This document shows, piece after piece, positions 13,087 to 25,870 of a DNA stretch of 64,000 nt. The notes under the pieces were generated by a model. That model saw only the letters and a list, made by a program, of their open reading frames with translations, was not told where the DNA came from and did not search any database. The first letter of the stretch is position 1. The number at the start of each line of letters is the position of its first letter. The position numbers were made by a program, and so were the translations under genes. This DNA is from Camelus dromedarius (taxonomy: Eukaryota): NCBI RefSeq assembly GCF_036321535.1, contig NC_087436.1, positions 68,016,001 to 68,080,000 of the forward strand. Reading direction: 5' to 3'.

Positions 13087-13217
13087 CCTGCATGTGAAAA
13101 ATAGAACATGCCTACCTCAGAGACATAACACCTACATGTGGAAGATAGATATGCCTACCTCAGAGACATAACACCTACATGTGGAAGATAGATATGCCTA
13201 CCTCAGAGACATAACAC
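13087..13217. repeat. 43-bp tandem repeat, ~3 units
   Basis: ATGCCTACCTCAGAGACATAACACCTACATGTGGAAGATAGAT starts at 13108, 13151 and 13194 (third copy partial), with a degenerate partial unit at 13087-13107. Confidence 0.97.
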
Positions 13218-13594
13218 TTGAATGCTACATATCTTATCCCATGAAAACTGTATCCGTTTGTGTATTCTCTCTCTCTCTTCCCTCTTAACACTCACTGAAT
13301 CGCTTTTACTCTCTCTACCAATTATTACATTTTTAACAAAGTGACTCCAATTGGACCAGCTTCAGTAAAATGTCCACCTCTGTTGGGCACATATGTGGAA
13401 GCCAGAAGGTTGTGGGTCACCTTACCCAAATTATTATCCAGAAAGCCCCCGTGGGAAGATGGGTATCTGTGAGTCAGACAGACATTGTAGATCATGTCTA
13501 TCACAGCACTCAAGTAAGTTTCTTAAAATCCTCAGTGGAAAAAGGCTTATAATGCTCATAGTAAATCACTGGTCCTCACAGAACCTAGAAGACC

Positions 13595-13750
13595 TGACTT
13601 TTATTGTTTCCATTTTATGAATGAGGAAACTGAGACACAGGGCATTTAAGTGACTTAAACAAATGCCACAGAACTAAGTAGCAGACTTTAGATTTTTGAC
13701 TGAGACAACCTGACTCCATAGTTTGGGCTTTTAGCCTCCATATGACACTG
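13595..13750 (-). mobile_element. MIR SINE
   Basis: Core 'ccattttatgaatgaggaaactgagacacag…ttaagtgactt'. Confidence 0.8.
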
Positions 13751-14235
13751 TCTCTCTGGGTGGAGAGAAGAAGAGTGAGGAATTTACAGGACCCTGTCCT
13801 CATTGTAATACATTATCTAGAGGAGGTAACAGTCATATTCAGAGAGTTAAAGAGCTGACACAAGGCTTTTATGCAGACATTGTTCCAAAATTATACTAAT
13901 TTTTCAGTGCTGTAACACTTTCACTGGCCCAAGAAAATGGATTTAGTAGATGAAATTATTTTGAGAACTATGGCCACAGTACTCTGAAATTTCATTCATA
14001 TCTTTTGAAAATGCAGTCAGAATTAACATTGTTCAGCCCCTCATCCACAAAATCAAAAGAATGTTTTCTAAAAGTAATCTAATGCCTAAAGTGTATTTGT
14101 ATAGTCTTTGGGGACAGACTGTTAATAACTGAAAATAAAAGAAACATTCAAAATTGTAGCCTTTAATTTAAATAGAACATTTGATATGGCTGGCACTTCA
14201 TGACACAGGTCTACATAACAAATTAGAAAGAATCT

Positions 14236-14760
14236 TGAAAAAATGCTCAATATCCCTAATTATCAGAGAAATGCAAATCATAACTACAGCAAGGTATCAC
14301 CTCACACTAGTCAGAATGGCTATCATTAAAAAGTCCACAAATGAAAAATGCTGGAGCAGGTGTGCAGAAATGTTTGTTTACCCTTCCTATGCTGCTGGTG
14401 GGAATGCAATTTGGTGCAGCCAATATGGAAAACAGTATGGAGATTCCTTATAAAACTAAAAACAGACTTACCATATGATCCAGTAATCCCACTCCTGGGC
14501 ATATATCCAGAGGGAACCATAATTCAAAAAGATACATGCACCCCAATGTTCACAGCAGCACTATTTACAATAGCCAAGACATGGAAACAATCTAAATGTT
14601 CATCGACAGATGAGTGGATAAAGAAGTTGTGGTATATTTACACAATGGAATACTATTCAGCCATAAAAAATAATAAAATAATGCCATTTGCAGCAACATG
14701 AATGGAACTGGAGATTGTCATTCTGAGTGAAGTAAGCCAGAAGGAGAAAGAAAAATACAT
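14236..14760 (+). mobile_element. LINE-1 ORF2 C-terminal fragment lacking 3'UTR and poly(A)
   Basis: Translates KKCSISLIIREMQI…RYHLT and [19 protein letters not shown]…IMPFAAT. Homology stops just before the ORF2 stop codon. Confidence 0.93.
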
Positions 14761-15605
14761 TTTACTATAATTCCTTTCTAAAAGAAACTAAGTTTAAAGA
14801 AATAATTCAGAAATCACTCATTTGTCAGAACTTCTATGAAAGGCCCAGTATGTGCCAGATACTAAGATAACAGCAGAATTATTACATGTGTTACACATTT
14901 TGAAATAAGAAATAATCTATCAAAGTAAAGTATATATATGAATATCCTATTTTTAGATAATAAAAACATGCATAAAATTTGAGATTTAAGGTTCTTTCTG
15001 AAAATCACACCCTAGAAGCTGGGTTTCCTTCATCTTAATAAGCATTCCCTCCCATGGTACTCCATGAAGGTCTAAAAATTTCTTTAAATTTTTCTTGGTA
15101 ATTAGTGCTTGATCAAAATTGTTGTTAATATAATCTGTCACCCTTTCAAAAGAATGATACATGTACAAAGGCTGACCAACCATTCACTACTTCACTTAGG
15201 ACAGGCTGGGTCAAAACTATAATGACTGAGAGCTATAGGGTGAGGCTGCAGACCTAATGGAAATGTTCAACACAAAGCAACTTCTGTCAGCATAAATGAT
15301 TGGCTCTTTAAATGGCAGAACAGTTTACGAATGACATCCTGAATCAATCCTTAACTAATTGGAAAATTAATTACTGCCTGTCATTTAAACCCTGAGTATT
15401 TTTAAGCTTGAGTTTGATTACAGTTAGCTAGCTGCCTGCTTGAAGCCAGTCTGTAAATTCAATGAAACTGCTGCCTGAATTTTTTACAAGATAAGATATC
15501 ATACTTCATGGTCTTGGTATATATTAATACTTAAAAATCCATCAACCCACTAATGCCCATCCATGATTGGCAAATTAGTAAACTGTGTCTTGCTTAATAT
15601 ATCTC

Positions 15606-15690
15606 TTTCATTGTATGCCTTATAAATTTAGCTATTGCTACTGTCTTCTTTTCATTGTATGCCTTATAAATTTAGCTATTGCTACTGTCT
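15606..15690. repeat. Tandem duplication, 41 identical bp with 44-bp period
   Basis: TTTCATTGTATGCCTTATAAATTTAGCTATTGCTACTGTCT at 15606 and 15650. Confidence 0.97.
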
Positions 15691-15944
15691 ATTGAAGACA
15701 TTAAAAATGACGCTGGCTAATCCTAGAAAAGTAATAAAACATGTTCATTTACTCTTTTCCCTAAGGCTACATGTTGAGTATTTTAACACTTTGAACATAT
15801 TAAAGGACCCAAAAGCCATTAACACAAGTGAATAAGCATAAAAATTAATAACAAATTGCTTAGCAGACACAGTTAAGTCATCTGTTGGTTATTATTATTG
15901 TTCCTTTAGTAGTCATGAAAATAAAGTCCAGGAATAATTTCATC

Positions 15945-16180
15945 AGAGAAAAGGAGTCAACACTTACTGAGCATCCGCTAGTTGCTGTGCTGCACGTTTT
16001 ATATATTATGTGCTTTGAAAGTTATTTCAATACATCCTTCTAAAGTGGGTATTATTTTCAACCTGCAGATAAGAAATGGAGAATCAAAGAAGCTAAGTTA
16101 TTTGTTAGAGGCCACATAGTCAATGGGGTATTAAATTACATTTAAGCTTTCTAAGCCTGTGTAACTTCCATAGCACTATA
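15945..16180 (-). mobile_element. MIR SINE
   Basis: 'acttactgagcatccgcta…gtgggtattattttc…gcagataagaaa…aagctaagttatttg…ggccacatagt'. Confidence 0.6.
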
Positions 16181-16199
16181 CTCTATCCCATTTATGGAT

Positions 16200-16800
16200 G
16201 AAGTAGAAGAGTAGACCATTGATAAATATGGAAATATGACTAGTAAATTAACATAGGGAGGAATGTCCACTCATAGGAATAAAAGAAACTGGAAATCTAA
16301 ATAATCATAATATATCATATTTATCTGTGAAAGAAGTGTTAACTTAAAATGGTAATACCTAAAGCTACTAAAAATATGGAAAACGTGTCCACTCTGACTT
16401 TGCTTGAGGAACAGTAAAGTGTTACTGTATTTTTGAAAAGTGTTGGGAATTATAAATCACAAGTCAAAACACATTCATTTCATCTAATTCAATGATCTAT
16501 TTCTGAGAATCTAGCCAAAGAAAATAATATAAAATAGGGAATTTGTTTTTATATAAAGATCTGCATCATGACATACAGAAGTGGTCATGTAAATTACCAT
16601 AAATCCATAAGATAGAATTATGCAGACCTTATAATTGTTACAAAAAGTATCTTAATATTATGAAAAAAATATAAAGTTAAGTTAATGAGATATAATATAA
16701 GCATTGTCATCACCACAATACAAAAAGTAAAAAGGACAAAGACTGCATGAAAGTACACAAAAGTTCTAATGGACTGATGCTTCCATGAGTTGTGTTTCCT
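16200..16800 (+). mobile_element. Ancient L1 (L1ME-like) 3' remnant
   Basis: Degenerate ORF2 C-terminal blocks (ccactcataggaataaaagaaa…; atttctgagaatctagccaaagaaaataat). Confidence 0.45.
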
Positions 16801-17182
16801 GTGTCTACTGGATACTTTATAAAAACAAAGTGAAAACATAAAACACCACAAGTCAATAACTCTGTCTGCGAAGTGAGGTGTAGAATGCTGATTAGATACA
16901 ATCAATTCCTCAAAATCAATAATAAGATAATATTGATTATTTTGAAGAAAGTGTATGTTTGACAACATGGGCAACACTTTCCTTTTCTTCTTATGATGAA
17001 GTTTGGCACGAGCAACCTAGAAGAAATGCTTTCACCAATGAGTAGGTCATTAGGTAGCTATTAACTCAGAGCATGAATAGCAAAGTGATAAGCTTTGGTA
17101 TGGTAAAGAGCATGATACCATTCCTATTATGAAGAGAAGAGTATATGAAATATATATACCTTTTGATCTCTAAAGTGAGATT

Positions 17183-20100
17183 TAATTTTATTTTTTAACA
17201 TTTTTTCAATGAGTTATAGTCATTTTACAATGTTGTGTCAAATCCCAGTGTAGAGCACAATTTTTCAGTTATACATGAACATATATATATACTCATTGTC
17301 GCATTTTTTTTCCGCTGTGAGCTAACCACAAGATCTTGTATATATTTCCCTGTGCTATACAGTATAATCTTGTTTATCTATTCCACATTTTGAAATCCCA
17401 GTCTGTCCCTTCCCACCCCCAACTCCCTTGGCAACCACTATTTGTATTCTATGTCTATGAGTCTGTTTCTGTTTTGTGTTTGTTTGTTTTGTATTTTTTT
17501 AGATTCCATATATGAGCGATCTCATATAGTATTTTTCTTTCTCCTTCCGGCTTTCTTCACTTAGAATGATATTCTCCAGGAACATCCATGTTGCTGCAAA
17601 TGGCATTATGTTGTCTGTTCTTATGGCTGAATAGTATTCCATTGTATAAACACACCATTTCTTCTTTATCCAGTCATCTGTTGATGGACATTTAGGCTGT
17701 TTCCATGACTTGGCCATTGTAAATAGTGCTACTATGAACATTGGGTTGCAGGTGACTTTTTGAAGTAGGGTTCCTTCTGGATATATATGCTCAGGAGTGC
17801 GATTCCTGGGTCATATGGTAAGTCTATTCCTAGTCTTTTGAGGAATCTCCATTCTGTTTTCCACAGTGGCAGCACCAAACTGCACTCCCACCAGCAGTAT
17901 AGGAGGGTTCTCCTTTCTCCACAGCCTCTCCAGCATTTGTCATTTGTGGACTTTTGAATGATGGCCATTCCGACTGGTGTGAGGTGATACCTCATTGTAG
18001 TTTTGATTTGCGTTTCTCTGATTAGTGATACTGAGCATTTTTTCATGTGCCTATTGATCATTTTTACTCCTTCCTTGGAGAATTGCTTCTTTAGGTCTTT
18101 TGCCCATTTTTGGATTGGGTTGTTTGTTTTTTTCTTATTAAGTCATATGAGCTGCTTATATATTCTGGAGATCAAGCCTTTGTCGGTTTCATTTGCAAAA
18201 ATTTTCTCCCATTCTGCAGGTTGTCTTCTTGTTTTACTTATGGTTTCCTTTGCTGTGCAGAAGCCTGTAAGTTTCATTAGGTCCCATTTGTTTATTCTTG
18301 CTTTTATTTCTATTGCTTGGGTAGACTGCCCTAGGAGAACATTTTTGAGATGTATGTCAGATAATGGTTTGCCTATATTTTCTTCTAGGAAGTTTATTGC
18401 ATCTTGTCTTATGTTTAAGTCTTTGATCCATTTTGAGTTTATTTTTGTGAATAGTGTAAGGGAGTGTTCTAGCTTCACTGATTCACATGCTGCTGTAAAG
18501 TTTTCCCAATACCATTTGCTGAAGAGACTGTCTTTATTCCATTGTATATTCTTGCCTCCTTGTCAAAGATTAGTTGACCAAAAGTTTGTGGGTTCATTTC
18601 TGGGCTGTCTATTCTGTTCCACTGGTCTATGTCTGTTTTTGTACCATTACCATGCTGTCTTGATGACTGCAGCTCTATAGTATTGTCTGAAGTCTGGGAG
18701 AGTTATTCCTCCAGCCTCTTTCTTTCTCTTCAGTAATGCTTTGGCAATCCTAGGTCTTTGATGGTGCCATATAATTTTTATTATGATTTGTTCTAGTTCT
18801 GTGAAATATGTCCTGGGTAATTTGATAGGGATTGCATTAAATCTGTAGATTGCCTTGGGCAGTGTGACCATTTTAACAATATTGATTCTTCCAATCCAGG
18901 AGCATGGGATATCTTTCCATTTTTTTAAGTCTTCTTTAATTTCCTTCATCAATGGTTTATAGTTTTCTGTGTATAATCCTTTCACCTCCTTGGTTAGATT
19001 TATTCCTAAGTATTTTATTACTTTGGGTGCTATTTTAAAGGGGATTGATTCTTTACTTTCTTTTTTTGTTGATTCATCATTAGTGTAAAGAAATGCAACT
19101 GATTTTTGAATGTTAATCTTGTAACCTGCTACCTTGCTTAATTCTTCAATCAGCTCTAGTAGTTTTTGTGTGGACTTTACAGGGTTTTCTATATATAGTA
19201 ACATGTTATTGGTATATAGTGACACTTCTACCTCGTCTTTTCCAGTTTGGATCCCTTTTATTTCTCTCTCTTGCCTGATTGCTGTGGCTAGGACTTCCAA
19301 GACTATGTTGAATACAAGTGGTGATAGTGGGCAGCCTTGTCTTGTCCGAGATTTTAGTGGGAAGCTTTTGAGTTTTTCACTGTTGAGTACTATGCTGGCT
19401 GTAGTTTTGTCATATATAGCTTTTATTATGTTGAGATATGTTCCCTCTATACCCACTTTGGTGAGAGTTTTTATCATAAATGGGTGTTGAATTTTATTAA
19501 AAGCTTTTTCCACATCTATTGAGATGATCATGAAGTTTTTGTCCTTTCTCTTGTTGATGTGATGTATTACATTGATTGAATTGTGTATGTTGAACCAACC
19601 TTGTGTCCCAGGGATGAACCCCACTTGGTCATGATATATAATCTTTTTTACGTGCTGTTGGATTATATTTGCTAATATTTTGGTAAGGATTTTTGCATCT
19701 ATGTTCATCAGTGATATTGGTCTGTAATTCTGTTTTTTGGTCATGTCTTTTTGCCTGGTTTTGGTATCAGGGTGATGGTGGCTTCATAGAATGAGTTTGG
19801 GAGTATTCCCTCCTTTTCAATCTTCTGGAAGAGTTTGAGTAGGACTGGTATGAGTTCTTCTTTGTATGTTTAGTAGAATTCCCTGTTGAAGTCTTCAGGT
19901 CCTGGACTTTTATTTGTAGGGAAGTTTTTTTATTGCTAATTTGATTTCATTTCTAGTGATTAGTTTGTCCAAGTGGTCAGTTTCTTCTTGATTCAGTCTT
20001 GGTGAACTGTATGTTTCCAGAAACTTGTCCATCTCTGCTAGGCTATCCATTTTGGTTCCATATAGTTTTTCATAATATTCTCATATGATATTCTGTATTT

Positions 20101-21434
20101 CTACGTTATCTGTTGTAATGTCTCCATTTTCCTTTCTTATTTTGCTTATTTGTGCTCTCTCTTTTTTCTTCTTTGTGAGTTTGGCCAGAGGTTTGTCAAT
20201 TTTATTTACTCTTTCAAAAAACCAGCTTTTGGTTTGATTGGTTTTTTTCTATTTTTTTTTTTTAATCTCTATTTTGTTTATTTCCTCCCTGATCTTTGTT
20301 ATTTCCTTCTTTCTTCTGCCTTTTGGGGTTTTTTGCTCTTCTTTTCCTAATTCTTTTAGCTGGTGGGTTAGACTGTTTATTTGAAATTGTTCTTTTTTGA
20401 GGAAGGCCTGTATCGCTATAAACTTCCCTCTTAGCACTGCCTTTGCTGCATCCCATAAAATTTGTGTGGTTGTGTTTTCATTTTCACTTGTCTCAAGGTA
20501 CTTTTTAATTTCAACTTTGATTTTCTCACTGACCCATTGGTTTTTTAATTCCATGTTCTTTAATCTCCATGCTTTACTTTTGTTCTCCTTTGTTTCTCTG
20601 TAGTTGATTTCTAGTTTCATGGCATTGTGGTCACTAAAGATGCTTGAGATAATTTCTATCTTCTTAAAATTGTTAAGGTTTCTTTTGTGCCCAAGTACAT
20701 GATTAATCCTAGAAAATGTTCCATGTGCATTTGAAAAGAATGTATATCCTATTTTTGGGGGGTATAATGCTCTGAAAATATCCACCAACTCTAATTTTTC
20801 TATTGTATTATTTAATTTCTCTGTTGCCTTATTTATTTTCTGTCTGGAAGATCTGTCTAGTGATGTTAATGCTGTGTTAAAATCTCGGACAATGATTGTA
20901 TTCCTCCCATCAATATCCCCCTTTATCTCTGTTAGTAATTGTTTTGTGTACTTAGGTGCTCCTATATTGGGGGCATATATATTAATGAGTGTGATATTCT
21001 CATCTTGTATTACTCCTTTAATCATTACAAAATGTCCTTCTGTATCTTTCTTTATGGCCTTTGTTTTAAAGTCTATTTTGTCTGAAATCAGTACTGCTAC
21101 ACCCACTTTTTTTGGCTTTTTCATTTGCATGGAATATCTTTTCTATCCTTTCACTCTCAATCTGTATGTGTCCTTCTCCCTAAAGTGTGTCTCTTGTATG
21201 TAGCATATTGAAGGTTTTTGCTTTATTATCCAGTCTACTACTCTATGTGTTTTGATTGGAACATTTAGTCCATTAACATTTACAGTAATTAATGATAGAT
21301 GTGTGTTTATTGCCATTTTAAACTTATATTCACAGTTGATTTGGTATTTCCTCTTTGTTCCTTTATTCTTTCTTTTGTGGTTTGGTAATTTTCCTTTGTA
21401 TTTTATTCCTTTGGATTTTATTTAGTTTTTGTGA
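17183..21434 (-). mobile_element. Young lineage-specific LINE-1, 5'-truncated just upstream of ORF2 (4.25 kb)
   Basis: Perfect 15-bp TSD CTCTAAAGTGAGATT at 17168-17182 and 21435-21449, a degraded poly(A) (T-rich on +) at ~17183-17206, a 3'UTR and the whole ORF2. Insertion site reads TT|AATC on the element strand. Confidence 0.98.
17499..21316 (-). pseudogene. Disabled L1 ORF2p (APE endonuclease, reverse transcriptase, C-terminal Cys-rich domain)
   Basis: ATG at 21316 (MAINTHLSLITVNVNGLN). Fragments carry EN motifs (INIYAPN, DFNT, SDHN), RT motifs ([20 protein letters not shown]) and the C-terminus. It is broken by several frameshifts/stops, and YADD reads YTNN. Confidence 0.95.
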
Positions 21435-24400
21435 CTCTAAAGTGAGATTAATTTAGATATTCTTTCCTTTATAGAATTAATTTCAGGATCCATATCTACT
21501 CAAGCTTATGTTCAGGGCTCCTTTCTTTAGTTTTCTGGGTTTTGTTTTGTTGGTCTTTTTAGTTACCCTCAGTGAACACACGCCCTTAATGTTTATATCA
21601 AATCCATTCTCCTCCATTATATATCCTGCTAGAGATAATCAAACCAAGGAACATAGAAATACACATTTGTGAAGCTTCCAGTATTACGGAATAGTAAGAA
21701 TAGGTAAGACACTGTACAAGATTAGATAGTGGAACAGTAAATATGAATAATATTTGAAAAATTAATCACTAATGATAATTATAGGGTGTTCATATAGAAA
21801 TAAGTTCAAACTGCAGTGAGATCTATACTTTAAATATGATGTTAAATCAAATTAAAATTTTCAATTACTGTACAACATGTTTCCCATTATCACTATTGTT
21901 TACTGATGAATACCTCTACATTGTTCCAGAATGGATATAAGTCAAATATTATTTATCCTTAAACATAAAAATCAGTGTTTCAAATATTTCTGTTGAGATT
22001 CAGGAAGCTGACAAATTTTAATGAACAGAGGGCAAAAGATAGAATAGCACATTACTTCAATATAATAGAAAATGAGGAGCAGAGATGTGGCCCATAGCAT
22101 TTATTGCGCATCCTACAGTGACCTCAGCTTTTCTTGCTTGCTTTTCAATTGTATTTATTCAAACCTTTCAGATGAGTTAATTTTCTCCTTCACATCCACA
22201 GCCCACCTCTAATATTTCCAGACATCCCACCATTTTTTCTCACCTTAGCTGCCTTTGTATAGAGAGATAAGGAGGCTTCTTGGAGACACATTTTGTATGT
22301 AAAATAGGATTAAATGAGATTGTAGGGAAACTGGGAAAAGGTGGTTTTATTTGCCATATGTTGGTTTTGAAGTAATTTCAAGGTGGAAAGCTGAAGGAAA
22401 TCTATTTATGTAGGTACATGTAACTCTTCGTGTAATTTGGAGTTTTCCTATTTTGCACACTTTACGATTTTAAATTTGTACATGATTATCTTTTCATGGC
22501 TCCTGTTGCCACCCAAAGTAGCATTCATTGTTAACTCAGTACATAATACCCTTGATAATTCTTTAGAGATGCACTGGCTCAGTAGGAATCAGTTACCATC
22601 GGACACTAATAAGCACGTAGCAGTCTGAAGTAGGGGAACATTACCACAGCAGCTTAGGAAATGTAAGGCAGTCATGACTCATAATATATGTGATTCAAGC
22701 TACTGACACATAATGGGCATGAAAATGAAATCTGTGCCCTTGACTATTAAGTACAGACCCTGGCAAAACTGCTTCCAAACAGCCATATATATGGAACAAA
22801 AACATGCTGCTGCCTTTTTTGTACACATATATACAAGAGTGGGAAGATGTTTAAGAGGCTAGAAGACAGCAGTACCTAGAAAGTATGTATGTGACTGCAG
22901 GTCCTCATGTTAGTCTACTCGTGAAAGGTAAAAGAGGTGTTTTAGATGAACAAAGCCCACATTTGGATAAACTAAGCAATGATCTTGGAAAATCACTGCC
23001 TCTTTTTCCATCATGTTTCTACTCTGCTAATGCATGTCAAACATTTAGATCAGTTCTTGGCACATAGCAAGCATTTAATAAATTACTACTACTGCTGTCA
23101 TGGCCACTTACCACTACTGCTACTACTGCTATTGCTTCACCACTGCTACAGGAGATGAACTTCATAAACTTTTTGGAGAAGAATGTAGAATTTTCTCCAA
23201 CAGGGCAGAGCAACAAAATAATCCACCTTTGAAATCAGGAGATCTAGACTTCTGACTTTATCATTTCCTAGTTGTATTACCTTGGAAAAGTCACATAATG
23301 TCTGCAATTTTCCTTTCTTTGTCCTTAAAGTAAGGTATTCACAATGATAGTTCACAGAATATAAGGTCATCACAAAATTAAATGTGACCTATAAATACTA
23401 TCAGTTATTAACACTCTGCCTATGATGTTGCAGATTTATAATTAAAATGGCTCTTCCTATCTCTTATTGAGGCTCATTTTGATGTAACGGTTTCTGAGTG
23501 ATTAGGACAATGAGTATAAGTCACAGGGTACAACAGAGTCTCTCTAGCATCATGCTACATTTACTTGACACAATGTTGGCAAAGAAATTCCATGTCTGTT
23601 CTCCTCCCCAAAATGTACTAACTGCAGTTTCCATGTGTGTTAATTACTAGTTGGTTACCAGAACAAGGATGTGTTGCTAACATCAGATTTCGTTAAAATC
23701 TCTCCCTTCTCAGAGAATGTACTAGTGAATCTGCCTGGAAGTAGAACTGATACAGAAACAAAGTTTTGCAACAATGACCTTTCTTCTTTCTTTTCCTCAC
23801 AGATTCTGTTTGGGGGTCTTTGTCTTGCATTTAGTAATTCATTCAGCCAATCCCTTCAGCAATATCCATTTGCTGCACACCTACTATATGTTCAAACATT
23901 GTTTTAGAAACTGCATGAATATGAAAGTTAAATGTCCCTGCTTTTGAAGGGTCTTACAGTTCCATTAATAAAGCAAAATACACATTCACAAAAACAACCT
24001 CAAAACCTGGAACGAATTTTATTAACTGCATGGAGCACAGGATGCTGAGGTTGTTTAAAGCAAAGCCAATGATATGGATTGATGGAGCACAGATGAAGGA
24101 GAATAAACCAGAAGTGTTTTGAGTGCAAGGTTCTGAAAATATTCAAAGCTCTATGTCTAAATATAAAGCTTGAAGCAATTTTGAAAAGTTCATCTTCTTT
24201 TCCTCCTGTCCTTTTGTTCTCTCTGAAGGGCATCACCACTAGGCAACTGCTTGAATTGGATAAATAAATGCAGATGTATGGAAAATGTAATATCAAAGTG
24301 CTTTTCCCTACTTCTTGGATAAAACAGTTTATGTGAGTATCATTCAGTAAGATCTGATATTTGGTTTCCAGGTGAAATTCCCTCAAAGTTTGGACTCCGA

Positions 24401-24483
24401 AAATGAACAGAAATACTCTCGTTCCAGAAAGTACACAGATAAATATATTCACTGAAGTATAGATGATTCTATGTAAATAGACT

Positions 24484-24655
24484 CTTTTTTAATTTGAAAT
24501 ATAGTCAGTTTATAATGTTGTGTCAGTTTCTGGTATAAAGCATAGTAGTTTAGTTATACATAAACATTCATATATTTATTTTCATATTCTTTTTCATTAT
24601 ATGTTACTACAAGATATCAAATATAGTTTCCTGTGCCATACAGTATAAACTTGTA
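24484..24655 (-). mobile_element. Short LINE-1 3'UTR end
   Basis: T-tract followed by 'gaaatatagtcagtttataatgttgtgtcagtttctggt…', homologous to other L1 3' ends in the window. Confidence 0.85.
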
Positions 24656-25369
24656 GCTAGAGAATATCTTGGTATTAATAGTTGCCTTTTTTTGTAATTT
24701 CTCCTCTTTGCATTCTTTCTTTTTTGGCGTCCCATAAGACTCCCTTGGGATGCTGCCAGTAAATAATGACATTCAAATACTTTGAGTATGCAATAGATTA
24801 TTCACTGGAGATTGTTTACTCTCTGGTGGCCAAGCATCCCAGGGATAGAATGCAAAGGAGACTTTTTTTCTTTACTGCTCTTTCTATACCACTGTGATTT
24901 TTCACTTCTCCCAGGAAGCGTTATCTTCTGAGGTGCATGCCATCTTAGCTTACCCTTCCCACAATTCTTTATGCTGTCTACCAACCTTTAGATCACACTT
25001 CCACATTCAGCGAAGTTTTTGTCAGTTAGTCCATACCCTTTTTTTTACTACAACCCCTAGCTAATTTCAAAATCTAAATAGATGATGCATCCAGCAGCCG
25101 AGCCTAGTAAATACTGGTCTTCTTTCACCTAAACAACCTCCACTCCTCTCAACAACATTCCTCTACTGCCCTACACTGGATTGCTATCACCCCTACCTCA
25201 TTAACTGACTTTGGAAATTCTCAAAATGAAAAAACATTTAATTTCATGTCACCTTTATAACAACTCTCTCATAAACTTTCCTATTTTAACTTTCCAGAAC
25301 ACCCATTAGCAATAAATCTCTTTTTTGACTAGTGACGACCTCCAGTGCTTTGATCTAGTCCTTCCTAAG

Positions 25370-25870
25370 ACCCCCTGGGATTCAAGCAATGCCAACTTAA
25401 ACTAGCTCAAGCATAAAAGGAAAAATTAATATAAGATGCAGGCATATCTGATGGAATCAAATGAACAGGAGGAACAGAGCCAAGCATCACAAGGTATTAG
25501 AATCAAAAACTGCAAAGGCATCAGGGTCTCAAGCAGTATTTTGTGTATGTGTTCATCCCTGTTCTCTCTGTGCTTCTCTTTTCTTATTCAACTCAAGTTT
25601 TCTCTGTTTTGCCATGTAGTAGTAGCAGAATCCTACTATAAAGCTCCTGTATTTGCATTACCTCAATGCCAGCCTAACCCAGATTTAATGATTATTTCTG
25701 AATTCCAGTTCACGGAGGAAAAAACTTATTTCTCAGCAATCTGGTGTTGATTCACAGGTCAGTGAAAACCACAAAGGGTTGACTCTTTGGCCAATTAACT
25801 ATGGCTGGAGATCACATATACAGTCAGATAAATATGGCTATTAAGTACCAAAGAAAGAAGGTTTGTGAGT
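25370..25870 (-). mobile_element. Old MaLR LTR (MLT1J/K/L-like)
   Basis: 'ccaacttaaactagctcaagcataaaaggaaaaatta' resembles the reverse complement of an old MLT1 3' end. Confidence 0.45.

Noticed and set aside
13087..13217. CRISPR-like array
   Set aside because: Units are head-to-tail and identical with no unique spacers, there are no cas genes, and the context is mammalian.
18647..21130. 365-aa and 293-aa ORFs as functional genes
   Set aside because: They are fragments of a frameshifted L1 ORF2 with mutated catalytic residues.
18003..21203. Plus-strand ORFs (225, 118, 109 aa) inside the L1
   Set aside because: Antisense shadow ORFs typical of L1 ORF2, with no independent coding evidence.
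24000..24452. 150-aa minus-strand ORF
   Set aside because: Non-ATG start, no recognisable homology, and composition typical of random AT-rich DNA.
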